Source of the DNA: Marsupella aquatica
Taxonomy: Eukaryota; Plantae; Marchantiophyta
Direction: 5' to 3'
Assembly (NCBI GenBank): GCA_973895155.1
Contig: OZ316898.1
Coordinates: forward strand, 4,216,480 to 4,280,479
Length of the DNA: 64,000 nucleotides
Below, piece by piece: positions 37,410-49,085 of this stretch; positions within the stretch are counted from its first letter, which is position 1, and each line of letters starts with the position of its first letter. Both the position numbers and the translations under genes were made by a program. The notes under the pieces were generated by a model. The model had not been told where the DNA came from. It saw nothing but the letters and a program-made list of their open reading frames with translations, and did no database searches.

Positions 37410-40400
37410 TGTGGTGCGTCCCATGGCTCCCTAAACCCAAGAAACCCCCCAGCTCAAGCCGATTCCCGCAGGTTTCGTGCTTGGCGAGGCCGTTTCCGCG
37501 GCTTAGCGGCATGGGACGCTGCTAACCTTCTACTACTACTATTAACATTTTACACACATATACTGGACAGATCCTTCATCGGGTCATGAGATACGTAGCC
37601 GGCCTAATATAGGCCTTCCCCTGTCTTCCCCTGTCTTCCCCTCCGTCTTGTTAGGTATGTTTGGATTCCGCCGCCGGAATGATCCCCAATAGGCTTGGTT
37701 AAGCCGCTAAGACCTCTCTCAGCTCGACACATCCAACTCTCACTCCCCTGCTTACTTTCCTTCCTTCTGTTGATGTGGGCACTCTTCACACAAGTTAATG
37801 CGACACACAAATAGCAAAATGACTCATTCTGACTGAGTCATACCATGCACTTGCCATACAAACAGTACATCTCATACACAAGTTCTGCGAACTAAGCCGT
37901 GAGGCCAACTCTATTCAGCTCTTAGGCATGAGGAAACATGAATATACACAAGGGTCACTGTATGACTAACCGAGAGCTTCTTGTACTACTTGATCCCAGC
38001 CCGGCTGGTGCAAACTAAAAACTTGCTAAAGAAGAGGCCCTGAGCTCCCCGCTGCCCAGGTACTTATCCTGGTAGTGGATCCGCCATTCTTTGCATCGTA
38101 AGCCTAATCTACTTAACAGTAATCTACTTGCCCGAATCTACCTATGTACAGCAAGGCAGGAGCACAAGTGTTGCTCCTACCAGTGGGACCGCAATCCCAC
38201 TAAGCTAAGTGTCAGGGCCGCTCTTGGTTCTGATCCTAATCCTAAACGTGGAGATCCGCGCCCGCCCTGCCCACTCACGCCTCCTCCCTCCACGTCCGCC
38301 CTCCCTAAAAGGAACGGCGCCCTTGCACCGTCACGACACCGGTGGTGGATCCTCAATGGACGCCCCCAACACTTCCTCCTCAGCCACTACCGTTGGCCCG
38401 CCTACTGACAGATTACCTGCCCTTGACCGAGTCAACTCTCCATCGGCCTGACTGGGTCCACCTTCGGCTTCAGCCTCGACACCGGCCTCGGCAATACCCA
38501 CGGCTTCGGCCTCAGCCACTCCCACGGCTTCGGCTTCAGCCACTCCCTCGGGTAGTTGGATCCTTAGCCGTGACCCTGTCTGGGGTCGGTGCTGGGTCTA
38601 CCTCCTTGATCACCACGGCCTGTGAAGTCGTATTACTCCTTGACCCTGAAGGTTTCCGCTTCTTCTTCGTTGGTGGCTCGGCAGCTGGTCCCTTCCCCTT
38701 CCCACTTACTTCCGGCACTGGTGCAGGTGGCGCGGCTTGTCCTTCGGCAATTACCACCCATGGTAACTGGTTTGTCCCAACAGGAGATGGACCTGCTGCA
38801 GCTAAGCATTTAAATACTGCGGCTTGTTTCTTCAGCCGCTCTATTTGGTTGTCGGCCCGCCGCTGTAGGTTCTCCATCTTCCTCATGATTTCCTCCAACT
38901 CCTCTTGGGTTTCATCCAGGTCCTTACGTGCCCCCTCCAGCTCATTTTTGGCCTCCTCCTGCTCCCTGTGGGCTTCCTCCAATTCCTTCTTCAAGGTAGC
39001 CCTCTCCTCCTGGGTTGCTCTTAGCTCCTTGTCGAGCTCTGCAATGATGACAGACTCCATCTGGTTCATCTTGGCGTAAGTCTGTTCGAGCATCTCGTCC
39101 TTCTCCCTTAGGTCGGCCTTGAAGCTGGCCGTCAGGGACGCAAGCTCCTGCTGCAACGCCATAATCCCTTGATAGGATTTCCCTAACTCGACCTCCTTCT
39201 GCTCAAGGGCTCCGCGGATTTTCTCGAGCTCCCCTTTCAACGCCCATTCCTTTCTTTGGGTCTCCGCCATGGCCCGACTGTTGGCTGTTATGTGGGCCTC
39301 CTCTGTATTCTTCAGCTCTTGCTTCCACTTTTCCCTCTCTTTGATCGTGTCGGCCAACTCTTCCTGCGTCTGAGTCAGTTTATCCTTGATATTCTGATTA
39401 TCAGCCTGCACGGCGTCCAACTGCCCCTGCATGATGTTCAGCTCATGTCGTTTAATCCGCAGTTCATCTTGGGCTTTCTTGGCCGCCCTTAGATCTTCAA
39501 TCTCGGCTCCCATCCTCCTAAGCCGCCGAATGACCTCGTCCTTCTTGCTTCTCTCTAAAGCCACCGCTTCTTCTAATTGGTGCTTCTCCAACTGCTCCCT
39601 ATGGAAAAAGGGTCCTACCTCCAACTCCTCTCCAAAGATGCCGAGCGCAAGTTCCCCACACATCTCACCATACTCCATGGCTCTATTCTTAGCGTAGGTG
39701 GAGTAAGTAGAAGTGATCGGCATCGCCCATCGTGGCCTCTGCTCCCAAGCCGTCCTGCGGATCTCTTCAATCGTGGCTAGAGGTTTGCTTCCTTTTTCGG
39801 CTAGCCGCCTGATGTCCTCCGGCCAATCTCCTCCTGGTAAATCCTTTTCCTTAGCCAGGGCGGCCTCTTCCTCCTGCTTGATTCGCTCCTGAAATTCCTG
39901 CACCGTCTGTTTTATGCCGTCGAAGCTCGGGGGAGCAACATCTGGTGGGGGAGACTCAGGGCTACTCTGCTGGTTGGGGTCCCCTCGCACTACCCTTGGA
40001 AGTGTGGGGACAAACCGGCCACAGGTCCTTACTCCTGGAACGTGATGGTCCGACCCATAGCCGGAATTATCATGGCTGCAGTCCTCCACTGCCTCCTCTA
40101 CCTCTTGGATTTCCGGCTTCTCCCTCTCCTCTTCCTCGGTAGGAGCTTCAGGCAATTCTGCCTCAGATTCGGAGCTTGAGGTTCCCACGTACATTCGAAC
40201 ACCTGGCTTGGATTCCGGCCTGATTCTCTCCTTGTCTCCAGCAAAGGGGTTTTCTCTTGTGAGCCGGTGTAGGCCTACCTCTGTAGTAGTGTCCTGCATT
40301 GTTGCCGTTGCCGTTGTTGTTGCCGATGCCGATTTCTTTTCTTTCTCCAGTAGTTTCAGCAGACTCTGCATGCCTGGTTGCTGCATCGGCAAGTCTTCCT

Positions 40401-42046
40401 TCCTGGGCCTAAACACCTGCTCGATCGTAGGACTAACAGGTGGTTGAGGCTTCTCAGCCAACGGCCTCGGCGTTGGAGCTTCCTCGGGTGCCCTTACCTG
40501 CAGGGGAAGTACCGGGGCAAAAGTCTGACCTCTGGCATACCGGCACAACAGCGGCATGTGATAGCCAAGCCGCGACACGCTCCCCATGCCGATTACCTAC
40601 TGCTCCTCCTTTAAGATCTTCTTCAATTGGTTGAGGAGGTACCCGTTGTAGTCCCGGCTTGGGTCTGGCCTTTCTGCCAAATAGACCTGTGCCTTGCCGA
40701 TCTCTGCCCTCGGCAAGTTACAATGCATGGTCACCCGCAAGAAGTCGATCATCTCTCCTATGTGCGGGTTGGTGCAGGTGTTCCGGAAGAAGCCATTCTT
40801 CGTTGATGGCCCGGGGAACGACCGGGACTCCTTGTCAGGCAAGGTCTTCCTGGTATCAACTTTGGTCTTATTGCCCATCGGCAAGCCAAACACTTCGGCA
40901 ATCACCTTGGGAGTAAGATAGAAATCCTTCCCATATATCCTCGTGCAATTGGTCTCGGGTTCCCATGACCCCACGAATTCTAATAGGTCTGACTCCGGTA
41001 CCTCCGGCTTCAGCCATGGTAATCTTACAAAGGCCTCCAAGCCGGATCCGGCCATGAAGCCTTGGTACTTCTTGGTCTGCATGGCCGTAAAGCATGCATC
41101 CTCCTCCCGTGCAAAATGTAGTTGCACCTCCACCGGTAGGGTTGCCGCCCAGCCCTTCCAGGTGTCATCCCTGGTTGGAATGGCCTTGATGGGATCGACC
41201 TCCTCCTCTTCGGCTTCTCCCTGCCTCCTGCTCTGCTGCTCGGCTGGCTTCTTTGGTGCCGCCGACCTCGTTCTTTTTGCCGGGGTGGCTTCATCGTTGA
41301 CGGCTCCCTTCCTCTTCATCTCTGCTGCCGTGGAGGTTTCTCCTAGCACCGTTGCCTGGGTCCACCTTTCCGTGCTACCCTTTAATTCCCAGTGTATGTC
41401 GTTGCAGTTCTTGATGGCCTCTCGGATGCCGACGACGCTGTCTTTGCAAAACAGAAGATCGGCGAGTTGATTGGAAGTAGGCGTCCACAGGAACTCGTCC
41501 TTGATGAGTTCGCCTCCTAAGAAAGCCATCTTCTGCAGCTCCCACAATCGAGCGAGCTCCTGCCGTTCTCGAGCTGCCCTTTCTGACTCCTCGTCCTCGT
41601 AAGTCTTGATGTACTCAGTTGCCCGTTCGAACAGGCATCCCCAGAAATGTGCCGCTTGATTGACGTTGCTCATACCCTCCTTAGGTTGATCGTCGGTATC
41701 TACTCTCTCCCCGAGTGCTTGCCTAAGCAGCTGACAGTAGTTGGCCTCCCGTAGTCGTCTGCCTAGTTCGTGCTCGCAAATGAGCCACCATCTCCTGCAA
41801 GCGCTCCTTACCCCTCTCCTCTGCCGGTCCTTCTTCCCGTTGATCCTTCCTAGCCGCCGACGCTTAACGCGCCCTAACCCTAATCGGGTTTTCACCCTCA
41901 GCCTTACCTCCGGCCTCTGCCCGGGTTCCATGGTTGCCCCTAATTGTTTATATTTTCCTTGTTTTGTCACTATACTAAGGTGTTCCTAGGGTGCCTTCCT
42001 GCTTTACCCACTTAACCGGCCGAGTGATTCCTGTCTAGGCATCACA
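37410..42046 (-). repeat. 5' LTR of A1 (4637 bp)
   Basis: Duplicate of 26549-31185; about a dozen substitutions seen by eye, no indels. Confidence 0.97.
38331..41970 (-). pseudogene. LTR-encoded ORF, 5' LTR copy
   Basis: Same 457+683 aa ORFs and the same TAG as in the 3' LTR. Confidence 0.88.
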
Positions 42047-43202
42047 TCTTGCAACAACCTTCTCTTTGGATGGAATCAATGGACTCCTCGTTAATTTTCA
42101 AAAGTGCCCTCGACTCCAAATGCCTTTTCTTCCTCTCCTCAAGATCAAATTTTGTCCTCCTAATGAAATTGTATGGTCTTTTTGTAGGTTTACCATCACC
42201 ATCCGAATCCGGATCGCCCTTAGTTCGACCCGACTCCATCCACTTCTCTAAAACTTCCTCAAGGATATCCCCAAGAAACCTTTGAGACGAAATCAATAGA
42301 AGGGATTTGATTTCCCACCTCACCAAGCTAGGGGTACCAACACGGATATTTGGAAATAATCCGGGTTCATTGATATTCACAACAGCAACACCAACATGAT
42401 CTGCACCAAGAAGTTCATCGTCAACGGCACCTGTTTCAAATGGGATCGTGATAACACCTGTTGCAACCTTTCGACAATGAGAAGCGTCATACAAATCAAC
42501 CTCCTCCGCCATCCAGTTGGAACGTAGTGTAAAATCTTTTAATGGAAGATCATTGAAAATATTTGAACTACCAAACACGCCAAAATCTCGTAGAGTGCCC
42601 TTTCTAGAAACATGCGCAACATCCCAGATAACCCAGGTATGCAAGGCCTCTTCTATTGTATCAGCTCCAGGGTGCGAGTATGGCAATTTTTGATTTCCCT
42701 TAACAATATCAAATATTCTTATACTAATGCGACCAACCCCGAGTGTTTCAGTATGACAAATATCCATCGGATTTGTCTTGAAAATGACTCCATTTGCAAC
42801 CAACTGATCAAAAATGAACATCTAAACTTCATCTCCTTCCTTGAACACGTCCTCTTCAACCCTTGCATCAATTTTGGATTTATCATTTCCAGCATCTCCA
42901 GCCAAAGAGAAATCATCGACATTGATTCTTCGGCGCAGAGTTGATGACCTCAAGTATGCCAATGCACAATCCCAAATCACGCAGGAGTCAATTGCCTCAG
43001 CCAATGTAGAAAATTTGGGCGAAGGAAATGGAAGTTGACGCAATGCATCAAAACACTTTTCGATCAATACCCCAATTCGATTGTCCCCTAGACAAATATT
43101 CTGTATAGTATCCTGGGGGTCAACCTTTTGAACTATCCCAATTGCCGTTTCAAATCCATCGATCACCAATGACACTTCATCCCCTCGTGTAAAATTGATC
43201 AT
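42047..43202 (-). pseudogene. Transposase N-terminal part with three tandem Tnp1/En-Spm(TnpA)-like beta domains; one in-frame stop (42822)
   Basis: Three repeats of GDEV..VA.G......LG....V.......LP.P....T..EA....VIW; continues in frame across the Gypsy insertion. Confidence 0.75.
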
Positions 43203-43324
43203 GATAGCGGACTATCTGTATTCAAATAAAGTTAGAAATTGTTAAGTTCCCCATGTTACAATCATGTTTCAAAATCTGGACTCTCCTCCAAAAAATATTG
43301 TAAAATCACTCAAAACCCTAAATA

Positions 43325-43660
43325 CATTCAAGTCGGGTCGGAATTATTTCGACCCTCCTCCAACATTATGTCTTGAAATGATTGAATTGACTAAACATTT
43401 ACAAGTCGGGTTGGAATTATTTCGACCCTCCTCCAACAATATGTCTTGAAATGATTGAATTGACTAAACATTTACAAGTTGGGTCGGAATTATTTCGACC
43501 CTCCTCCAACAATATGTCTTAAAATGATTGAATTGACTAAACATTTACAAGTCGGGTCGGAATTATTTCGACCCTCCTCCAACAATATGTCTTAAAATGA
43601 TTTAATTGACTAAACATTGATAAGTTGGGTCAGAATTATTTCGACCCTACTCCAACTATT
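43325..43660. repeat. 73-bp tandem array (~4.6 copies) with an imperfect palindrome
   Basis: Units start at 43330, 43403, 43476, 43549 and 43622; core GGGTCGGAATTATTTCGACCC; inverted core at ~43759-43775. Confidence 0.92.
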
Positions 43661-45214
43661 AAGTTGAAATTATGTCAAAACTATTTGTGAAACTATCTTG
43701 CTTATGCTTTTATATACCAGTTTAAAATGCTAGTTAAGATGACATAGTCAGGTCGGCACGAAATAATTCCGACCCACTTCTAGAAACTATGTTAGTAATC
43801 ACATAAAGGGGTACAGTAAGTTCTACACATGCTAGAATGTGGATAAAGGTCTAGAATGAGTAAAATATATGATCTAGAACCTAATGTGTAAATCTTAATC
43901 TAGGTTTGGCTTAAAGGTATTGAATTAGATGTACTTGAGCTAGTACTTCTAAGATAAATAAATAAAATCACTAACCTGCTCCGCAATATATCTCTGTCCA
44001 CCCTTGTACAAGCTAAATGGGTACCTTGGATGCCAGCATTGTAACTCTTAGCACCACAGTGCTCACCAGTGCCCTTACTAAACCTTGCATTCAACCATGC
44101 GGACCTAAACAAGGCACTCGGACAGAGGAGAGTCAGTGATCGTACCAATCACTGTCTAAATGACAATGAACCAAAAAATGGATTGTGGGAGGTCTATACT
44201 CAGTTTGAGAGGCAAAAAGCTTACACATTACCCAGCACACGAGTGGACACCAACAGATCGGGCACGGGTGGATGAGGCACGCACCCAGCACACAAGTAGA
44301 CATCGGATAGGGTGTCAGCCAATCACTCACGAGTGATAGGTGAGTTGCGAGCACACACCGCTGACAGCTCGGAAATTTAAAATTGGTAGGTGAGTCGCGA
44401 GTGGTCGTGAGTGGTCACACCATCGGTGACTCACGATCACATGCACCGAGGAGGGTCTCCATCATTGGCGCGCATTGATGCCTCCGTACCCTCTCGGATC
44501 CTTGCCTCCTTGGACTCCTCGCTCACAGGGGGTATAGGAAGGCAGGCCTTGCGCTTGAGGCCTCATTTCCTTGCCTCCCTCTTGCCTCCTCTCTCGTCTC
44601 CTCACTCCTTGCCTCCCTCTTGCCTTGCTCTAGGGCTTTTGTTTTTGCCTCGCTCTTGGGATTTGTTTTCCGCCTCGCTCTAAGGCTTTTATTTCCGCCT
44701 TGCTCCCTTCCCTTTTGGGTCGCTCCCTCGATCATTGTTTGCCTGTTAGTGCCCTCTTGCAGCCTGTGGCATTCTCCATTGCTACCACGTGTCATCTTAA
44801 ATCTCACTCGCCCCTTACAATGTCTACTTCCTCCAGTTCTGAAGCTTCCACCACCTCCGCCAGTTCTCAAGAGTCATTGAACTTCAATTATAACTCTCTG
44901 TATGAATATGACCCTGAAGACCCGAATGTCCAAAAATTGGTTAACAATGCGTTGGAGGCATCAAAGAAAGCCCAGTTAACTTTTCCACGTAAGGCACCAC
45001 CTGCTTCAACTTCTTGCCTCGCCCTAAGGGCGAGGCAACTTTACTTTAATTTGGATTTCAAACTTCTTATTAGGAAAATTTCTATATTCCTTTGCAGTCG
45101 CCTCGCCCCAAGGTCGAGGCGACGTCTACTTCATTCTAGATTTCTTGTTGCTCCGAAGGCGTATTGGACCTTGTATCTTACATTAATAAAGGATCTTTAG
45201 CTATATTCTATTTT

Positions 45215-45648
45215 TTGCCTCGCTCTTGGGACGAGGCGATGTCGTCTGCATTCCTCAAATGTAGTCTACATTCCCAGAAGTTGCCTCGCCCTTGGGACGA
45301 GGCGATGTTATCTGCATTCCTAAATGTTGTCTGCATTCCCAGAAGTTGCCTGGCCCTTGGGGCGAGGCAATGTCCTCTACATTCCTAAATGTTGTCTGCT
45401 TTCCCAGAAGTTGCCTCGCCCTTGGGGCGAGGCGATGTCCTCTGCATTCCTAAATGTTGTCTGCTTTCCAGAAGTTGCCTCGCCCTTGGGGCGAGGCGAT
45501 GTCCTCTGCATTCCTAAATGTTGTCTGCTTTCCAGAAGTTGCCTCGCCCTTGGGGCGAGGCGATGTCCTCTGCATTACTAAATGTTGTTTGCTTTCCTAG
45601 AAGTTGCCTCGCCCTTGGGGCGAGGCGATGTCGTCTACATTCCTAAAT
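45215..45648. repeat. 64-66 bp tandem array (7 copies) in intron 1, each with a hairpin palindrome
   Basis: GCCTCGCCC-TTG-GGGCGAGGC (some copies degenerate) at 45217, 45283, 45348, 45413, 45477, 45541 and 45606. Confidence 0.93.
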
Positions 45649-46794
45649 AATGTTTGATTGCTTGGATGAGGTGGCAGGGCTAATTGCACTAGGAGCAAAG
45701 AAGATTTTGCAATCTTCTATTTGTCGCCTCGCCCCAAGGGCGAGGCACCTTGAAAGTTTTCCACATGTCAATGTTAAAAATATGATGCTGACCATTTTGT
45801 TTTCAATGTTTCTTACCAGGAAAAAATCTTGAGAAGCCGGAGTTAAATATTATGGACGAGGATATCAAGGACTTTGTTTTCCCTGACCAAGATACTCCAG
45901 GATTTAGATGGGCACTAGAAGTTGGGGTGTCGGCGGAAGGCAGTCTCTTGATTTGTTTCAAGGGCCTCACAAGTCAATTGAATGACCGCAAGACAATTGT
46001 TACTCTAGGTCCAGTCATCCTTGTGAACACGGACAACAACCGCAATGCAATGATTATTGTTGAGTCCAATGAGAAATCTCAGTGGATGAGACTTCTAGTG
46101 CCAATAAAACTCTACTCGACTTTACTGAATGTTGAGTGGATGGCTCGATTGGAGATAAGCGTAGCTGATATGGGATTCTTCCCAGATGGAGTAACAATTG
46201 ATCAGATGTTTGAGAAGTCGCGTTCTCAAATAAGTGGAGTTGACCTAGTGTTTGGATTTCTCTACGTAAAGAAGCACATGCATGACAATGCGGACAGTGT
46301 GGACCCTCCGTCTACTTGGATAGTTCAAAGGATGATTGATAAGGCACATTTTTCATACGAGCAAGCAATCGACAAGAGTTTCATTTTTTGTCCAGAGTTT
46401 CAAGAGGCCGTGTGCCGGACGTGGATTTCAGAGATGAAGAAAAAAGAAGCAAAGCATAAGGCAAAGGAGAGAAAGAAGACAGTGGAAAGAAGTGCGCAAT
46501 CAAAGACAGAGAAGAAATGAAAGCTTCAAGAGCCGGTTGTTCAACAAGAGAAACAATCTGGGAGTTCACGCCGTAAGCAGATGGCTAAAAAAAATGAAGA
46601 TGATGAGGGCCCCCAAAAAAAGCAGACAAAGAAGGCAAAGGTTGTGAAATCAAAACCAATGTCAGGGTCGACTTCAAACTTTGTCTTGCATCCAGAGAAT
46701 GATATGTGTCCGACAGAAGGACCCAAAGAAGATGATGTGCTCAAAGGCCAAGAGGTTTTGCGTAATATTGAGCAGTATTATACTTTTGGCATCC

Positions 46795-47160
46795 GCGAAG
46801 TTTTTGATATTCCTGTAAAAAGTATTAATCCGCCATCGGCCGTTTTTGTATATCGAATGTTCAATCTTTCGCATGCAATGGAGATATCAAAGTCTATGAT
46901 GAAAAACCCTAGACAGGAACCACAAGTTGCTGATTAGATTCCGTATCGCGAGAGCACTAAACAGTTGCTTCATTATGACAACACACCTCAGGATAGGAAA
47001 GAGTTTTTGATTGGTGTGAAGAAGCATGAGATCCAATTCCTTGCCATCAGTGGCCAGCATTCTGCAAGAGCTGCCCAATGGATCCAAGGGTGGGCCGAGA
47101 CTGACGCCAAGCTGACAAATCTTGCCAACAAACTAAAGTATAGGAAAGCAAGGATCCTAT
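46795..47160 (+). other. ParB/Srx-like domain
   Basis: VFDIPVKSINPP...YR.....H..EISKSM...FLAISGQHSARAA resembles the ParB/Srx GxHRxxA signature. Confidence 0.6.
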
Positions 47161-48369
47161 CTGACCTCACTCCGAAGACAATTTTGGTTGAGCATTCAAG
47201 TTTATCGAATGCTGTCAATGATACTATGCAATTTAAGTCTTGTTTTTTAGAGACTATTGTTCATGCACGAAGGCAGTTTGAGGAGTGCGGGAAACCGCCG
47301 CGTCCAGGGATTGGGACCAATCAAAATACAGACAGGAAAAACTATCAGGTACATGTTGGAGCAACGCAAACTATTCTTGATCCGCTTTGTTTAAAGATTG
47401 TCAATGGTAGAGGTTTGCCTCGCCCCAAGGGCGAGGCTGCCTTTTCTTGTTTTCCTTGGTTAGAAGATTAAAGCAAATGTTTGCCTCGCCCTGAGGGCGA
47501 GGCAACCTAGACTAGTCTCTCTAAGAATAATTCCCTAGTTCCGTTTCAGTCAATTGCGGTTAGATGTAGAGGTTCGCCACGCCCTTGGGGCGAGGCGGCT
47601 TAGCCTGTTTCAAACATAGGTATAAATTTTCTAACATATGCATTGTACCCTGAAACTAATGTCAAGTCCATTGGATATGCAGGATTGGTTTGCCCTGGCA
47701 AAGGTTACAATGGGGAAGTCAAGCCTAAAGAGCATTTATTGGTTACTTTTTGCCGAAGATGAGCTCTTTGAATTATGGCAGAATGTGTGTGCAAAATGGT
47801 TGAGTGGGAAGCTCCAAGACGGGGCTGGTGGGTATGGAGGGCCAAGACCCCCAAAATTGATCACTCTCAGTACCTTTCGATGTTTTGAAGGAGAGATTAG
47901 TAGCAAACAGATAATTGAGATCTTGAAGGACGTTGAAGAGGAGCGTGTCTTGCTGAAGAAGGATATCACCAACAAATCAGAGCTTGTCGCAATGGGAGAC
48001 TTGGCCCTTACAATCAAGATAATGTCCAAATTGAGAACAGTCATTATTGGCTATTTCGTGGAAAAGTATCGTGAGAAGTTTCCTGTTGGCACATCTTGGG
48101 AGTCTCTGGTGATATTGTCGCCTTCCTTGAAATCTGAGCTTGAGATGACAAAATTGAGGAGAGCAGCAGGTGAGGTTTACCTCAACAATTCATTGAAGAA
48201 GAATGTGGTCAAGGAGAGTTTCCCACAAAGTCTGATGGTCAGACTAGATGGGTTGTATTGTAAAGAATTTGGTGGGATTGGTCGTTCTCGCATGGAGCCT
48301 TTCTTGACATTTTTTAGTGAGAATTTGATGAAGACGACCGTGCCGGAAATGCTACAAGAGCCTTCGCCT

Positions 48370-49085
48370 TTGTGTCCTCTTGCCATTGTTGACTTCAGTA
48401 GGCTCCGACAACATGTTTGGACCGATGCTGAAATTATTGCATTACTGCAATACATTGTGGATCTTCCAAGAAATCCAACAATTGTTGTTGTCATGACTGT
48501 GCATCCGGGGCCACTTGCTGCAAACATTTTGAGTGCCCTTAGGAAATTGCAACATGAAAAGGGAATGGACATCCACGTCGACTACGGGAGCTATCGACGG
48601 AGTGATACACCAGTTCCAGAGGGCTTACTTTTCAGTTGTGGTATGGAGGAGATAATCTTTGCAGGAATCACCACTGAGGAGAAATTTGATTGGAAGCAAG
48701 TGTTCAGGCCTGGATTTAATTGCCAATTTTCTTACAATTCGGCGATCGACCCTGATTTCCAAGTGGAAGACAAGACGGAGAAGCGAGATAAGAATAAGAG
48801 TAAGACAAGTAAGGAGACAGAGACTGAGTCAACTTCGGCATTTCACATTGGAGATTTCTTACAAAAGGCTCCCATGTTTGAGATGGTGGGAAGTAGAGGT
48901 GGCTTTGTGAATATTCACGCTAAGCCAAAATGTATGCTGCAGAGTATTATTGAATTTTTTTCGGCTGAAGGGGAGACTATACTTGACTTTTTCTCAGGAG
49001 GACAGGTTATGAAGGTGTCATTGTTGTGTTTCAGAGAATGCTTTGCGTATTCAAACACTGAGGATGAATATGATTTCACTCAGGC
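48370..49085 (+). other. Beta-class N6A/N4C methyltransferase-like domain with degenerate motifs
   Basis: NIHAKPKCMLQSIIEFFSAEGETILDFFSGG (motif X-I) C-terminal to LAIVDFS (motif IV position). Confidence 0.7.

Larger units (their letters stand above)
26549..42046 (-). mobile_element. Full-length Ty3/Gypsy (non-chromovirus) family A, copy A1, 15498 bp
   Basis: Two near-identical 4637-bp LTRs at constant offset 10861; PBS, PPT, gag-PR-RT-RH-INT; flanks GCTTG/TCTTG; removing it rejoins the transposase as GCCK|LKCCLN. Confidence 0.97.

Noticed and set aside
26549-42046. Segmental duplication or assembly artefact explaining the 4.6-kb repeat
   Set aside because: The repeats have TG..CA ends, adjacent PBS and PPT, a near-perfect TSD and scattered SNPs, and an independent diverged copy (A2) has the same boundaries
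45215-45648. CRISPR-like array (palindromic repeats at regular spacing)
   Set aside because: The spacers are near-identical, there are no cas genes and the context is a eukaryotic intron; it is a tandem repeat. The same applies to 43325-43660
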